Part shown: positions 1 through 9,290 of the stretch, in pieces
Position numbering within the stretch: position 1 is the stretch's first letter
Layout: each line of letters opens with the position of its first letter
Source of the DNA: Candidatus Eiseniibacteriota bacterium
GTDB lineage: Bacteria > Eisenbacteria > RBG-16-71-46 > CAIMUX01 > VGJL01
Direction: 5' to 3'
Length of the DNA stretch: 64,000 nt
Assembly (NCBI GenBank): GCA_963792585.1
Contig: CAWBWI010000006.1
Span: forward strand, 480,001-544,000
Translations under genes and position numbers: made by a program
Notes under the pieces: generated by a model
Told to the model about the DNA's origin: nothing
What the model saw: only the letters and a program-made list of their open reading frames with translations
Databases searched by the model: none

Positions 1-491
1 AGGACCATCGAGACGGGCCAGAACGTCCCGCCGAATACGTCGAACTTCGCGAAGCGCTTGTAGCCCATCGACGCCGCCCCCGCGACCGTGGGAGCGAACG
101 TGCGGATGATCGGGATGAAGCGCGCGAAGATGATCGTCTTTCCGCCATACTTTTCGTAGAAGGCGTGGGCGCGCAACAGGTGGGAGCGTTTGAAGAACCG
201 CGAGTTGGGTCGCGCGTAGAGCGCCGCTCCCGCCTTCTTTCCGATCATGTAGCCGGTCGCATTTCCCGCGATCGCCGCGATCGGCAGAACGATCAGCAGC
301 GCCGCGAGGCTCAGATCTCCGTTCGCCGCGAAGACCCCGGCGGTGACCAGGAGCGAGTCCCCCGGAAGGAAGAACCCGAGCAGGAGACCGGTCTCCGCGT
401 AGATGATCGCCGCGATCCCGATCACCCCGCCCCAGCGGACGATCTCCTGAAGCGACGGCAGCCAGGGAACGTAGTGTTGTAGGAACTCCAA
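1..491 (-). CDS. DedA/VTT-family membrane protein (3' end runs off the window)
   Basis: Manual minus-strand translation gives YAETGLLLGFFLPGDSLLVTAG and FYEKYGGKTIIFARFIPIIRTFAP, both DedA motifs. TTG start at 491 follows a GAGGAGG RBS. Confidence 0.9.
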   Translation of the reverse strand, partial: MEFLQHYVPWLPSLQEIVRWGGVIGIAAIIYAETGLLLGFFLPGDSLLVTAGVFAANGDLSLAALLIVLPIAAIAGNATGYMIGKKAGAALYARPNSRFFKRSHLLRAHAFYEKYGGKTIIFARFIPIIRTFAPTVAGAASMGYKRFAKFDVFGGTFWPVSMV

Positions 492-609
492 ATCGATCCT
501 CCTCGATGCGATGATATGCGCAATCCGCCGAATTGGACACCGGCAGGGGGTGCCATTTCAAGCGCCGTCTGCTAGGATGCCGGGTCGCGCTCATCGGGAG
601 GAAGACTGC

Positions 610-3267
610 ATGCATTTGCACCAGGCCATCGAAGAGATCCTGCCGCTCGTCACCAAGCCGTCGAGGTACCTGGGCAACGAGTTCCACGTTGTCCGCAAGG
701 ACCCCTCCGCGGTCGAGGTCCAGTGGCTGCTGATCCTCCCCGAGGTCTACGAGATCGGGATGAGCCACTGGGGGCTCAAGATCCTCTACGACATCCTGAA
801 CCGGCGACCCGACACCCTGGCCGAGCGCGCCTACTGCCCCTGGATCGACATGGAAGCCCGGATGCGCAGCGCCGGGATCCCCCTCTTCAGCCTGGAGTCC
901 CGGCGGCCCGCGCGGGAGTTCGACCTCGTCGGCTTCTCGCTGCAGTACGAGATGACGGCGACCAACATCCTGACCTGCCTCGACCTCGCCGGGATCCCGA
1001 TCTGGGCGCGCGATCGAGGGGACACAGACCCCCTCGTGATCGGGGGCGGGCCGTGCGTCAGCAACCCGGAACCGCTCGCGGAGTTCTTCGACCTCTTCCT
1101 GATCGGCGACGGCGAGGAGGCGGTGCACGCGATCACCGACGCGGTGCGCGACACGAAGGGGATGCCGCGGCTGCAACGATTGAAGAAGCTCGCCGGCGTG
1201 CCGGGCCTCTACGTGCCCGGCCTCTACGAGTCCCGGTTCGATGAAGCGGGACGTCTGATCGGCACCTTCCCCACCTGCCCCGAGGCGCCGCCGCGCGTGA
1301 AGCGGACATTCCTGACAGACCTCGAGGAAGCGCCATATCCGCTCAAGCCCCTCGTTCCGCTCCAGGAAGTCGTACAGGATCGTTTGAGCATCGAGGTCCT
1401 GCGCGGTTGCACGCAGGGATGCCGCTTCTGCCAGGCGGGTTACCTCTACCGTCCCCTACGCGAGCGGAGCCCGCAGAAGGTGCTCGAACTCGCCGAGCAG
1501 GGACTCAAGTCGACCGGATGGGACGGGATTTCCCTCGTCTCCCTGTCGACCGCCGACTACACGCAGCTCGAGCCGCTCGCCGAGGCGCTCAACAAGCGAT
1601 TCGCGGGCGACAAGATCTCGATAGCGCTCCCGTCGCTCCGGGCCGACCGCTTCGGGGTCGGGATCGCCGACAAGGTGCGCGAGGTCAAGAAGACGGGCTT
1701 CACCTTCGCGCCCGAGGCGGGGAGCGAGCGGCTGCGCCGCGCGGTCAACAAGCTCATCACGGACGAGGAGTTCTTCGCGGCGGCGCGGGTCGCCTATGAG
1801 CGAGGCTGGCGACTGATCAAGCTCTACATGATGATCGGCCTGCCGACCGAGACGATGGAGGACGTGGAGGGAATCGTTCACTTCACCGAGAAGATCCGCG
1901 AGATCGGGCGCACGTACGGCACGGCCTGCAAGGTGAACGTGAGCGTGGGACCATTCGTCCCGAAGAGCCACACCCCGTTCCAGTGGGACGCGTTCGAGGA
2001 GGTCGAATCGCAGCGCGAGAAGATCCGCTTCCTGCGCAGCCGGATTCCGAACCGCTGGTCGCGCCTGAAGTGGCACGAAGTCGAGACGAACCACATCGAG
2101 GCGGTTCTATCGCGTGGGGACCGGCGCCTGGCGCGCACGATCTACCGCGCGTGGGAGCTGGGCGGCCGTTACGACGGCTGGACGGAGCACTTCTCCCACG
2201 AGCGCTGGCTGCGCGCCCTTGACGACACCGGCTTGTCTCCAGAGATGTTCACCCGGGCGTACGACATGGCGGAACCGCTTCCGTGGGACCACATCGACAT
2301 CGGCGTCTTGAAGAAGTTCCTCGTCCGCGAGCGGCAGAAGACCGACACGATGGGTGAGACGCCCGACTGTCGCCACGGCGACTGCGTCGCGTGCGGAATC
2401 CCCGGCATGCCGACCGATACGCGCCTGACGGCCCCGCTGGATGAGGCGGCCGTGCGGGAAATGGTGGATCGCGCCGAGGAGCGATCGCCCCGCCGCTCAG
2501 AGAACGGCGTCGTCTGGCCGGTGCGGATCCGCTTTGCCAAGGAGGGGCCTGCGCGCTTCCTGAGCCATCTCGAGACGGGAACGATTCTCGAACGGGCGTT
2601 TCGCATGGCGGAGATTCCGGTCGGGCACACGCAGGGACACTCCCCACACCCGCGATTCCACTTCGGCCCGCCGCTGTCCGTCGGGATCGCGAGCACCGCC
2701 GAGTTGATCGACGTCGAACTCCAAACGCCCTGGCGTCGCGATTTCGCAGAACACCTGAACGCCGTGCTTCCCGGCGGATACCGGATCCTCGATGCGCGCG
2801 TGCTCCCCTCGCCCGACGGAGTGAAGCGCAAGAGCCTGAGCGCCGAGGCGGTTCTCGGCGCCTACGAGGGCGACCTCTCCCGGCTCGACGGGGAACGGCA
2901 GAGCAAGATCGCAGCCGACCTGGCGCGCTTCCACGCGGCCGAAGACTGGATCGTCCGCAAGTCGCAGGAGCGTGTTCCCGACGCGACGATCCCGAAGAGC
3001 TGGGAAGGGATCTTCGATCGCTTCCCCGCGCCCCCCGAGGTCAGGCCCGACCTCCGCACCGTCGACCTCAAGCTGGGCTGCATCGAGCTCGCGTGGGACG
3101 CGGAACGCGCGCTCCTTCGCATGACCCTTCGGCTGATCGATCCGGCCGGGCAGACGGCCAACCCCGCGCGCGTGCTGGCCGGAGTCTTCGGACTCGATCT
3201 CGAGCAGCAGGCCCGCTGCGCGGTCACCCGCACGGCCATCCTCCGGGAGGATGGGTCGCCGATCTAG
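610..3267 (+). CDS. Radical SAM protein, TIGR03960-like, fused to a TIGR03936/DUF2344-like radical-SAM-linked domain
   Basis: N-terminal KPSRYLGNE and YEIGMSHWG; radical SAM motif RGCTQGCRFC; TFAPEAGSERLR; C-terminal IRFAKEGPARFLSHLE...GHSPHPRFHFGPPLSVG. ATG at 610 follows GGGAGG. Confidence 0.88.
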   Translation: MHLHQAIEEILPLVTKPSRYLGNEFHVVRKDPSAVEVQWLLILPEVYEIGMSHWGLKILYDILNRRPDTLAERAYCPWIDMEARMRSAGIPLFSLESRRPAREFDLVGFSLQYEMTATNILTCLDLAGIPIWARDRGDTDPLVIGGGPCVSNPEPLAEFFDLFLIGDGEEAVHAITDAVRDTKGMPRLQRLKKLAGVPGLYVPGLYESRFDEAGRLIGTFPTCPEAPPRVKRTFLTDLEEAPYPLKPLVPLQEVVQDRLSIEVLRGCTQGCRFCQAGYLYRPLRERSPQKVLELAEQGLKSTGWDGISLVSLSTADYTQLEPLAEALNKRFAGDKISIALPSLRADRFGVGIADKVREVKKTGFTFAPEAGSERLRRAVNKLITDEEFFAAARVAYERGWRLIKLYMMIGLPTETMEDVEGIVHFTEKIREIGRTYGTACKVNVSVGPFVPKSHTPFQWDAFEEVESQREKIRFLRSRIPNRWSRLKWHEVETNHIEAVLSRGDRRLARTIYRAWELGGRYDGWTEHFSHERWLRALDDTGLSPEMFTRAYDMAEPLPWDHIDIGVLKKFLVRERQKTDTMGETPDCRHGDCVACGIPGMPTDTRLTAPLDEAAVREMVDRAEERSPRRSENGVVWPVRIRFAKEGPARFLSHLETGTILERAFRMAEIPVGHTQGHSPHPRFHFGPPLSVGIASTAELIDVELQTPWRRDFAEHLNAVLPGGYRILDARVLPSPDGVKRKSLSAEAVLGAYEGDLSRLDGERQSKIAADLARFHAAEDWIVRKSQERVPDATIPKSWEGIFDRFPAPPEVRPDLRTVDLKLGCIELAWDAERALLRMTLRLIDPAGQTANPARVLAGVFGLDLEQQARCAVTRTAILREDGSPI

Positions 3268-4520
3268 GCTTGCCGCAGCGAAGGACGTAGGTGGATCGAT
3301 GCCCGACGGACCACCCGGATGACGCCTGCTCCCGAAAAGGCGAAGAGATATGCGTAGACCGGGAGCGAATAGCGGAAGATCGAGAAGAAGAGCAGGTGCG
3401 TGAAGGTGAAGTATGCCGCCATGAGGAGGAGCAGGTTCACCCCGACTCGAGGTGGATGGAAGTTTCGGACTCCAAGATATGCCAGGATTATCATCACTGC
3501 GTTGAACAAGGCAAGGAAGATACTCGCCTTCGACGGCGGACGTTCGTATCCGAGGTTCAGCCAGAGACGAGGGACTTTCTTGATGAGCAGCGCGGCGTAT
3601 CTGCCCGGATGCTCGCGGATGATCCGAATCCCGTCGCGATAGAACCAACGATCCCTTTCCATCTCGCTCAGTCCTCTGGTTGCCTCGATTGCGTAGCGGG
3701 GAGCATCCGGATCACCGAGCCCGCCAACCGCCTCACCGTCTGCGGGACCGGCGCCTCCCCAGAATGTGATCCCCCCCTGGGAGACGCCGGGGACGAACCG
3801 GTCGAACACGACCGCGTTGCGCACGATCCAGGGGGTCATGAGCAGCAAGATTATCCCGAGGTGCGCCGCCGCGTCATGCCTCCATCGGGCGTCGCGATGC
3901 CGGCCGGCGGCAACGAAAGCGAGAGGAGAAAGAGGGAGGAGATTGGGCCGGCTGAGGACCGCGATTCCCATCGCGAGTCCGCTGCCGACAAGATCGGGCC
4001 ATGACGACTTCCGAGAATGCCGCAGGAACAGGAATACCCCGGCGAGCAGGAATGCATTGATCCATGTCTCCGTCATGAGCTCGCGGGTGTTGAGAATGAA
4101 CGGCGGGTAGACTGCGTAGAGAATCGCCCCGATCGCGGCAATCAGCCTCCTTTCGAACAGGAGGAGCGCGATCCCGTAGACGAGCAGGGAGCTGAGCGCG
4201 TCAAGGAGCGCCTGGCCCACGAATGGCGCCACGGAGTCGCGGCCGAAGATCCTGTAACAGCCTGCGACGAACATGACGTACGGGGGGCCGCGCACCGCCG
4301 TTTGGTAGGGTTCCCCCGTCGCCGCCGTTCGGCAGTATCCGTTTCCCGCCGCGAGATTCGATGCAATGTCGTCGTATGAGAACTCGTCGCCCGTGTGGAC
4401 CCGAACAACTTCGGCCGAGATCCCGGCCAGTCGAATCGTTGCAGCGAGGAGGAATAGGGCGATAGGAAGTGTGCATCGCAACGGCTTCCGCGCGGCCCGA
4501 CGCGATGTCTCGCTCCCCAT
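3264..4520 (-). CDS. GT39/ArnT/PMT-like (GT-C fold) membrane glycosyltransferase
   Basis: Many TM segments; GDEFSY after TM1; R-x-P-x-Y motif (RGPPY); PWIVRN; late RYSLP. Start at 4520 follows GGAGGGGG. Confidence 0.75.
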   Translation of the reverse strand: MGSETSRRAARKPLRCTLPIALFLLAATIRLAGISAEVVRVHTGDEFSYDDIASNLAAGNGYCRTAATGEPYQTAVRGPPYVMFVAGCYRIFGRDSVAPFVGQALLDALSSLLVYGIALLLFERRLIAAIGAILYAVYPPFILNTRELMTETWINAFLLAGVFLFLRHSRKSSWPDLVGSGLAMGIAVLSRPNLLPLSPLAFVAAGRHRDARWRHDAAAHLGIILLLMTPWIVRNAVVFDRFVPGVSQGGITFWGGAGPADGEAVGGLGDPDAPRYAIEATRGLSEMERDRWFYRDGIRIIREHPGRYAALLIKKVPRLWLNLGYERPPSKASIFLALFNAVMIILAYLGVRNFHPPRVGVNLLLLMAAYFTFTHLLFFSIFRYSLPVYAYLFAFSGAGVIRVVRRASIHLRPSLRQA

Positions 4521-4858
4521 GGCCCCCTCCTTCCACGCGATCGATCTGAGAATTGGGATCAATCTACCACGCGGGAGCGGGACGGGGGCGGGGGCGCGAC
4601 GGGTGCGGGTGCGCAGGCGCTGCGGGAGCACGAGGGGAGCGGGGGCCGGCGAGGACAAGGCCGAGCGACCACCCGGACCGGCGGGAGTTGCTCCGTTTGC
4701 TCCCCGGAGCGTTTCGGCCGTCCGGCGGAGGAGCATCCAAGCCGTTCGCCCAAACTCCCCTCGGTTTCTTGTGATTCTGCCGATTCCGGTGACTCCAAGC
4801 ATCCAGAGAGGTCGCGCAGGCCCATGGACGCATCGCGCCCGGAATCAGGAGGATCCCC

Positions 4859-7075
4859 ATGAAATACCGCCGTCTCGTTCGATTCGGCGCGCTGTTGGCG
4901 TTGGCTTGCACCGCAGGACTGCCCGGCGCGGCAGGCGCCCTGACTCCCCCGCCCGTGAGTTTCATCACGACCCTCGGCTGGGAGGATGACGTGGACGTCG
5001 TCGTCGCTCCCGACGGCGAGTTCCTGGTCTTCTGTGAGGAGAAGGAGGACGGATCCCTGGCCCACCTCTGGATTCTCGATCTGGATCCCGTCACGGGCAA
5101 CGTCATCGGGAATCTCTCCATCATCGTGCCCGGATTCGAGAATGGGGTGGACCCGATCATCCTTCCCGAGCTGGAGCCGGACACCGGCTATCCCGTATTC
5201 GTGCCCGTGGAGTCGGAGAATGGGGCCTCGGCCGGCGTCCTCGTCCTCCTGCTCGATGCCGACATCAACATCCTCCAGGAGCACCAGATCATCACGGGAA
5301 GCCTCGGATTCCGGCCGGACGTGGATGGCCTCTGGACCCACTACGCGGGACCTTCCATCGCCTTCTTTCCCATGGAGAGCGAAGACCACGGCATCCGCGG
5401 CGTCCTTGCGATCGATGCCGACCCGCGACCAGGCGAGGGCGACGGCCTGTTCGGCGGGTGCACGTTGCTGGCGACCGCGCCGATCGCCGCATGCGGGGGC
5501 GCGACGGTTGTCGACTGGCTACCGGGCCTGAGCGACGCCGTGGATCCCGTCGCGTTCGAGAAGCTGAACTGCTGCGCGCGGCTGGTCCTGCCGGTCATCG
5601 AGCGCGACGGAAGCGGCGGCGATCTTCTTTTGATCGACTTCGATCCGAACGAGGAGCCGCCCACGTTCGGCGGCCTCACCAGTGTGAAAGCGGTGAACTC
5701 CGCCTCGCTGCGGCCGACGAGCTTCCCCGGCTTCGAGCGCGACGTCGACATGAGGCTGTTCCGGGGACAGTGCGGATTCGGCGATCCGAAGATCCTCGTC
5801 CCCGTGGAAGGGCCGGGAGATGAGGCCGACATCTACTTGCTCGATCAGGACGGCAACTCCGTCTGGACGTTCTCTCACGATTCCGGCCTACCGACGGCGA
5901 GGCTCTCCGGCTTCGAGCAAGGCGTGGATCTCGTGCCGATGTGCGATCTCGGCGGCGCGGACGTGCGCGTCGCCGTGCCCATGGAAAACGCGTCGGGAAC
6001 CGATGCGGATCTCCTGTTCGTCCGGCTCAGCGACGGTCACCAGATCGCGCACGCGGAGGACCCCGTCCTCAACCCGGGGCTCATCATCGCGGGCTACGAG
6101 ATCGGCGTCGATCCGGTCCTCTGGACGAACCTCCTGATGGTCGTACCCGTCGAGGGACCGGCGACCCCGCCCGGGTTGGTCGTCTTGACCATGGATGGAC
6201 AACGTCTGAGTGCCGTCTTCGGCGGGGCCGTCCTGGGATTCAAGCGGTCCGTCGATCTGATCGTCGACAACGCGGCAGCGCCCCACGTCCTCTATGTCCC
6301 CGTCGCCAGGGACGACGGGTCGGACGCGAACGTCCTCATCGGCAACGCGCCGCCCGCCTTGGGCGGCGTCGCTCTCGAAAACGTCAATGCCGGCGAGGTG
6401 ATGGCCGATTTCGAGTGGGATGTCGACATGGGCCTCGTCGACAAGCTGGCGCCCGGAGGAGCGTTCCTGTACCTGCCGGAAGAGGACCCCGCAGGATTGA
6501 ACGCGCGGCTGCGCATTCAGGAGGTGCCGACGAATGCGCGGCTGGCGATCGCAACGCGCGCGGCCCACGGCCAACCGGCGAGTCTCTACTTCGTCGGGAG
6601 CAATCCGCTCGGCACGATTTTGTCGAAGACGACGGACCTCCTGGGCCTCGAAACCGGCCTCGACATGGCATGCGGTCGCGGACAGATTTCCCATGACTGG
6701 GAACCGAACGTGGAGCCGACCTCGGGGCAGGATGGAGACAGCGATCCCACACTGGCGTGGCTCGCCGAGGCGACTTCCGGAGTCCTGCCGGGCGAAGGGA
6801 GCATGCGCGTGGGTCTGAGCTACACCAACCCGTTCGTCCCTCCGGCCAAGATCGGCTACGTGTTGCCTCGGCCGGGGGATGTCCGGGTCGATGTACTGGA
6901 CGCCACGGGAAGACGGGTCCGCCGGCTGGTGGATCGTCGCGAGGATGCCGGAGCCCACCTTCTCACATGGGACGGTCGCGATGATGGAGGGGCGCGCGTG
7001 GCGAGTGGCGTTTACTTCGTGATGGTGAGCGGTTCGTTGGGCAGATTCCCGGGCAAGCTGCTCATCGTACGGTGA
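4859..7075 (+). CDS. Secreted acidic repeat (probable beta-propeller) protein with C-terminal FlgD-Ig/T9SS-like domain
   Basis: Signal peptide; about 10 GFExxVD-type repeats; C-terminus YTNPF...DATGRRVRRLV...WDGRDDGGARVASGVYFV; AGGAGG RBS. Confidence 0.75.
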   Translation: MKYRRLVRFGALLALACTAGLPGAAGALTPPPVSFITTLGWEDDVDVVVAPDGEFLVFCEEKEDGSLAHLWILDLDPVTGNVIGNLSIIVPGFENGVDPIILPELEPDTGYPVFVPVESENGASAGVLVLLLDADINILQEHQIITGSLGFRPDVDGLWTHYAGPSIAFFPMESEDHGIRGVLAIDADPRPGEGDGLFGGCTLLATAPIAACGGATVVDWLPGLSDAVDPVAFEKLNCCARLVLPVIERDGSGGDLLLIDFDPNEEPPTFGGLTSVKAVNSASLRPTSFPGFERDVDMRLFRGQCGFGDPKILVPVEGPGDEADIYLLDQDGNSVWTFSHDSGLPTARLSGFEQGVDLVPMCDLGGADVRVAVPMENASGTDADLLFVRLSDGHQIAHAEDPVLNPGLIIAGYEIGVDPVLWTNLLMVVPVEGPATPPGLVVLTMDGQRLSAVFGGAVLGFKRSVDLIVDNAAAPHVLYVPVARDDGSDANVLIGNAPPALGGVALENVNAGEVMADFEWDVDMGLVDKLAPGGAFLYLPEEDPAGLNARLRIQEVPTNARLAIATRAAHGQPASLYFVGSNPLGTILSKTTDLLGLETGLDMACGRGQISHDWEPNVEPTSGQDGDSDPTLAWLAEATSGVLPGEGSMRVGLSYTNPFVPPAKIGYVLPRPGDVRVDVLDATGRRVRRLVDRREDAGAHLLTWDGRDDGGARVASGVYFVMVSGSLGRFPGKLLIVR

Positions 7076-7120
7076 GCGGATCGGCTATTGGGGCGTGGGC
7101 GTGTATCCGCCGGATCTTCT

Positions 7121-7197
7121 CGGGCGTCGCGTCCGGCGGGTGCCTCCAGTCGGCGCATAGCGCAGCTCCTTGCGGCATCCGCCTTCGCTCGCCCGTG
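7121..7197 (-). repeat. Copy of ~76-nt palindromic interspersed repeat
   Basis: Reverse complement reads cacgggcgagcgaaggcggatgccgcaaggagctgcgctatgcgccgactggaggcacccgccggacgcgacgcccg; lies between convergent genes. Confidence 0.9.
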
Positions 7198-7254
7198 GGC
7201 CGCGGCAGTCGATCCGGAGCGAGCATCGTGTCCGGCGTGCCCAAGCCGTGAGGA

Positions 7255-7971
7255 TTATCGATAGAGCGACCTGATCTCACCCCACGTGGTCGCCTTCGTG
7301 GCAGTGACGCCGCACTCGAACTCCTGCCCGAAGTCGTATGCCGTGCCGAACACCAAGTTGATCGGCGTCCAATCGGGAAACTCGAAGAAGGCGCTTTTGA
7401 AGGCCGACTCGCAGTCGGTGATGGAGACCGTCGACATTCTCCCACCTTGCCCGGGAAATGGATGATCCTGGAACTGGGCGCCGAACCAGTACCGCGTGCC
7501 CGGATTGATAGGGACACTGATATCGGCCGAGTACTTGTAGTAGGGGAAGAAACCGTTGTTCCCACACGTGAGGAACTCTTCCGTAAACTCCGTGACGGAG
7601 AGTTCGGCGATCATTGCCCCCGGCCGGCAGTTGTCATCCTCGTAGAAGCGAAGATTGAATCCGGGCGTCGGCCATTCGAGCGCGCAGCGGCTGGTGCCGT
7701 ACTCACCCCCCCACCAGGTCGCCTTGGTGATGATGTTCCCGTCCAGGACGAAGTCGTTCGCGATCTCACTTTCGAGCTCGAACAAGTTGATGATCTCGGA
7801 GGACCCAAGGATGCCATCGAGGTCCCCGGGTTCGGACCAGCAGACATCCCGGCCCCCCGGCGCCGGGTTGTGGGAGCCGCTGCCGGGTCCCGTCCAGACC
7901 GCCGGAGTATTGGCGAGAACGGATCCCGATACGCTCCCGCACATCAGAATCGCAATCGCAAAGATCTTCAT
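7255..7971 (-). CDS. Secreted hypothetical protein with C-terminal TWGxIxxLY motif
   Basis: Signal peptide MKIFAIAILMCGSVSGSVLA; GGAGG RBS; ends TATKATTWGEIRSLYR. Confidence 0.8.
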   Translation of the reverse strand: MKIFAIAILMCGSVSGSVLANTPAVWTGPGSGSHNPAPGGRDVCWSEPGDLDGILGSSEIINLFELESEIANDFVLDGNIITKATWWGGEYGTSRCALEWPTPGFNLRFYEDDNCRPGAMIAELSVTEFTEEFLTCGNNGFFPYYKYSADISVPINPGTRYWFGAQFQDHPFPGQGGRMSTVSITDCESAFKSAFFEFPDWTPINLVFGTAYDFGQEFECGVTATKATTWGEIRSLYR

Positions 7972-8029
7972 GAAATACCTCCACGGAGGGTGCCTGAATC
8001 GTCTCGCGGCCCCCTAGCCGAGCGCATTG

Positions 8030-8058
8030 ATTATACGCCCGTTGGAGCGCTCTCACAA
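8030..8058 (-). promoter_or_regulatory. Putative sigma70 promoter for 7255..7971
   Basis: TTGTGA-17 bp-TATAAT on the minus strand, about 60 nt upstream of the start codon. Confidence 0.55.
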
Positions 8059-8090
8059 TCGACCACATGACGTTGACCACGGGACGTTAC

Positions 8091-8167
8091 CGGGGCTCGC
8101 ATCCGGCGGATGCCTCCAGTCGGCACATAGCGCGGCGCCTTCCGGCATCCGCCTCCGCGAGCCCTTG
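8091..8167 (-). repeat. Copy of ~76-nt palindromic interspersed repeat
   Basis: Reverse complement contains ggcggatgcc-ggaaggcgccgcgctatgtgccgactgga-ggcatccgcc-ggatgcga. Confidence 0.85.
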
Positions 8168-8270
8168 CGGGACTTGTGACAACCGGGGCTTCACAGACAG
8201 GGCGTTCCCTTCCAAGTGTGGACGGGTGTATCTCTTGAATGCGCGCCGGGCAACGCGAGGGGGAATCGCC

Positions 8271-9149
8271 GTGAATCTGAGACCGCTCGTCCTCATGCTC
8301 ACCGTTCTCTGCGGAACGCATCTTTCCGCCTTCGCCCAGCCCCCCGGATCCCGCGGGGACGCTTCCTCGCCGCCGGGAGGATCGTCCCTCGGACTCCACG
8401 TGGGGATCCTCCTTCCGAGCGACCGGGCCGGAATCGGGATCGACGGAGGCGGCGCCGACCGCATCGACGACTACCTTCGGGCAACACCAGAGAGGGTGGC
8501 GTCGATCGAGTCCGCGTTGGGTGGGCCGTTCTCGGTCGCAGGGGAACCGGCCGATTTCACATTCGATCCCGTCGTCACGTTTGGAGTCGCCCTCGGCTAC
8601 GAGATTCGCCCTGGATGGGCGGCGCAGATCGGGGTCGCATCCTATCGCGGAAAGGCAGGCGCGTCCTTCCCCTTGCACGTCGAAACCGACGCAGGGCCCC
8701 GGACAATGACCGGTCAGCTTTCCACGGACGTTCGCGGGCTTCTCGTGGATGTCCTCGTCCGTAGACACTGGAATCTCGGCGCCTACATGCCGCAGATCGG
8801 CGCGGGCGTTCGGCTGCACCGGATCTCGCCCGAAGACACCTGGTTCGAATTCGGACCCCTGGGCGTCCTCGTCGAGCCGGCGGATGCTCGAACCAACCTC
8901 TCGCCAATGGGGGAGATCGGGCTCGCCCGCGCGATCGGCGGGAAGATTCGCGTCGGGGTTGCGGGGGTGATCGCGGGACGTTCCCTCCCGAGCGAGGCGG
9001 GGGCGAAGAGCTGGGTCGTCGAGCCGGAGTTCCGGCTGTGGGGCAGCCTCCTGCTGGCCTCGAAGGGACCGGCGCCACCCCCTCCACCCAAAGAGCATGG
9101 CGCGTCTGAAGAGGGCGGTGAGGGGGCCGGCGAGCCGCATCGCCCGTAA
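8271..9149 (+). CDS. Putative outer-membrane beta-barrel protein
   Basis: GTG start after GAGGGGG; signal peptide; alternating amphipathic strands (FGVALGYEI, YMPQIGAGVRL, VEPEFRLWGSL); Pro-rich tail. Confidence 0.55.
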   Translation: MNLRPLVLMLTVLCGTHLSAFAQPPGSRGDASSPPGGSSLGLHVGILLPSDRAGIGIDGGGADRIDDYLRATPERVASIESALGGPFSVAGEPADFTFDPVVTFGVALGYEIRPGWAAQIGVASYRGKAGASFPLHVETDAGPRTMTGQLSTDVRGLLVDVLVRRHWNLGAYMPQIGAGVRLHRISPEDTWFEFGPLGVLVEPADARTNLSPMGEIGLARAIGGKIRVGVAGVIAGRSLPSEAGAKSWVVEPEFRLWGSLLLASKGPAPPPPPKEHGASEEGGEGAGEPHRP

Positions 9150-9290
9150 TCTATCAGGTATCATCGCTCCCGCCGCGGCGACGCCTTCGGATCCCGAGTT
9201 CGAGGACCACCCGGTCAACTGTCGCGCAGATCACCCAACCATGAACCCGGGCCGCGGTTCAGATGCCGAATTCGCGAGGAGGCTCGGAAG

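Noticed and set aside
511..609. N-terminal extensions given by the ORF track (also at 8067, 11535, 26776, 41121, 51296, 62311)
   Set aside because: Downstream starts with RBSs, signal peptides or family-typical N-termini fit better.
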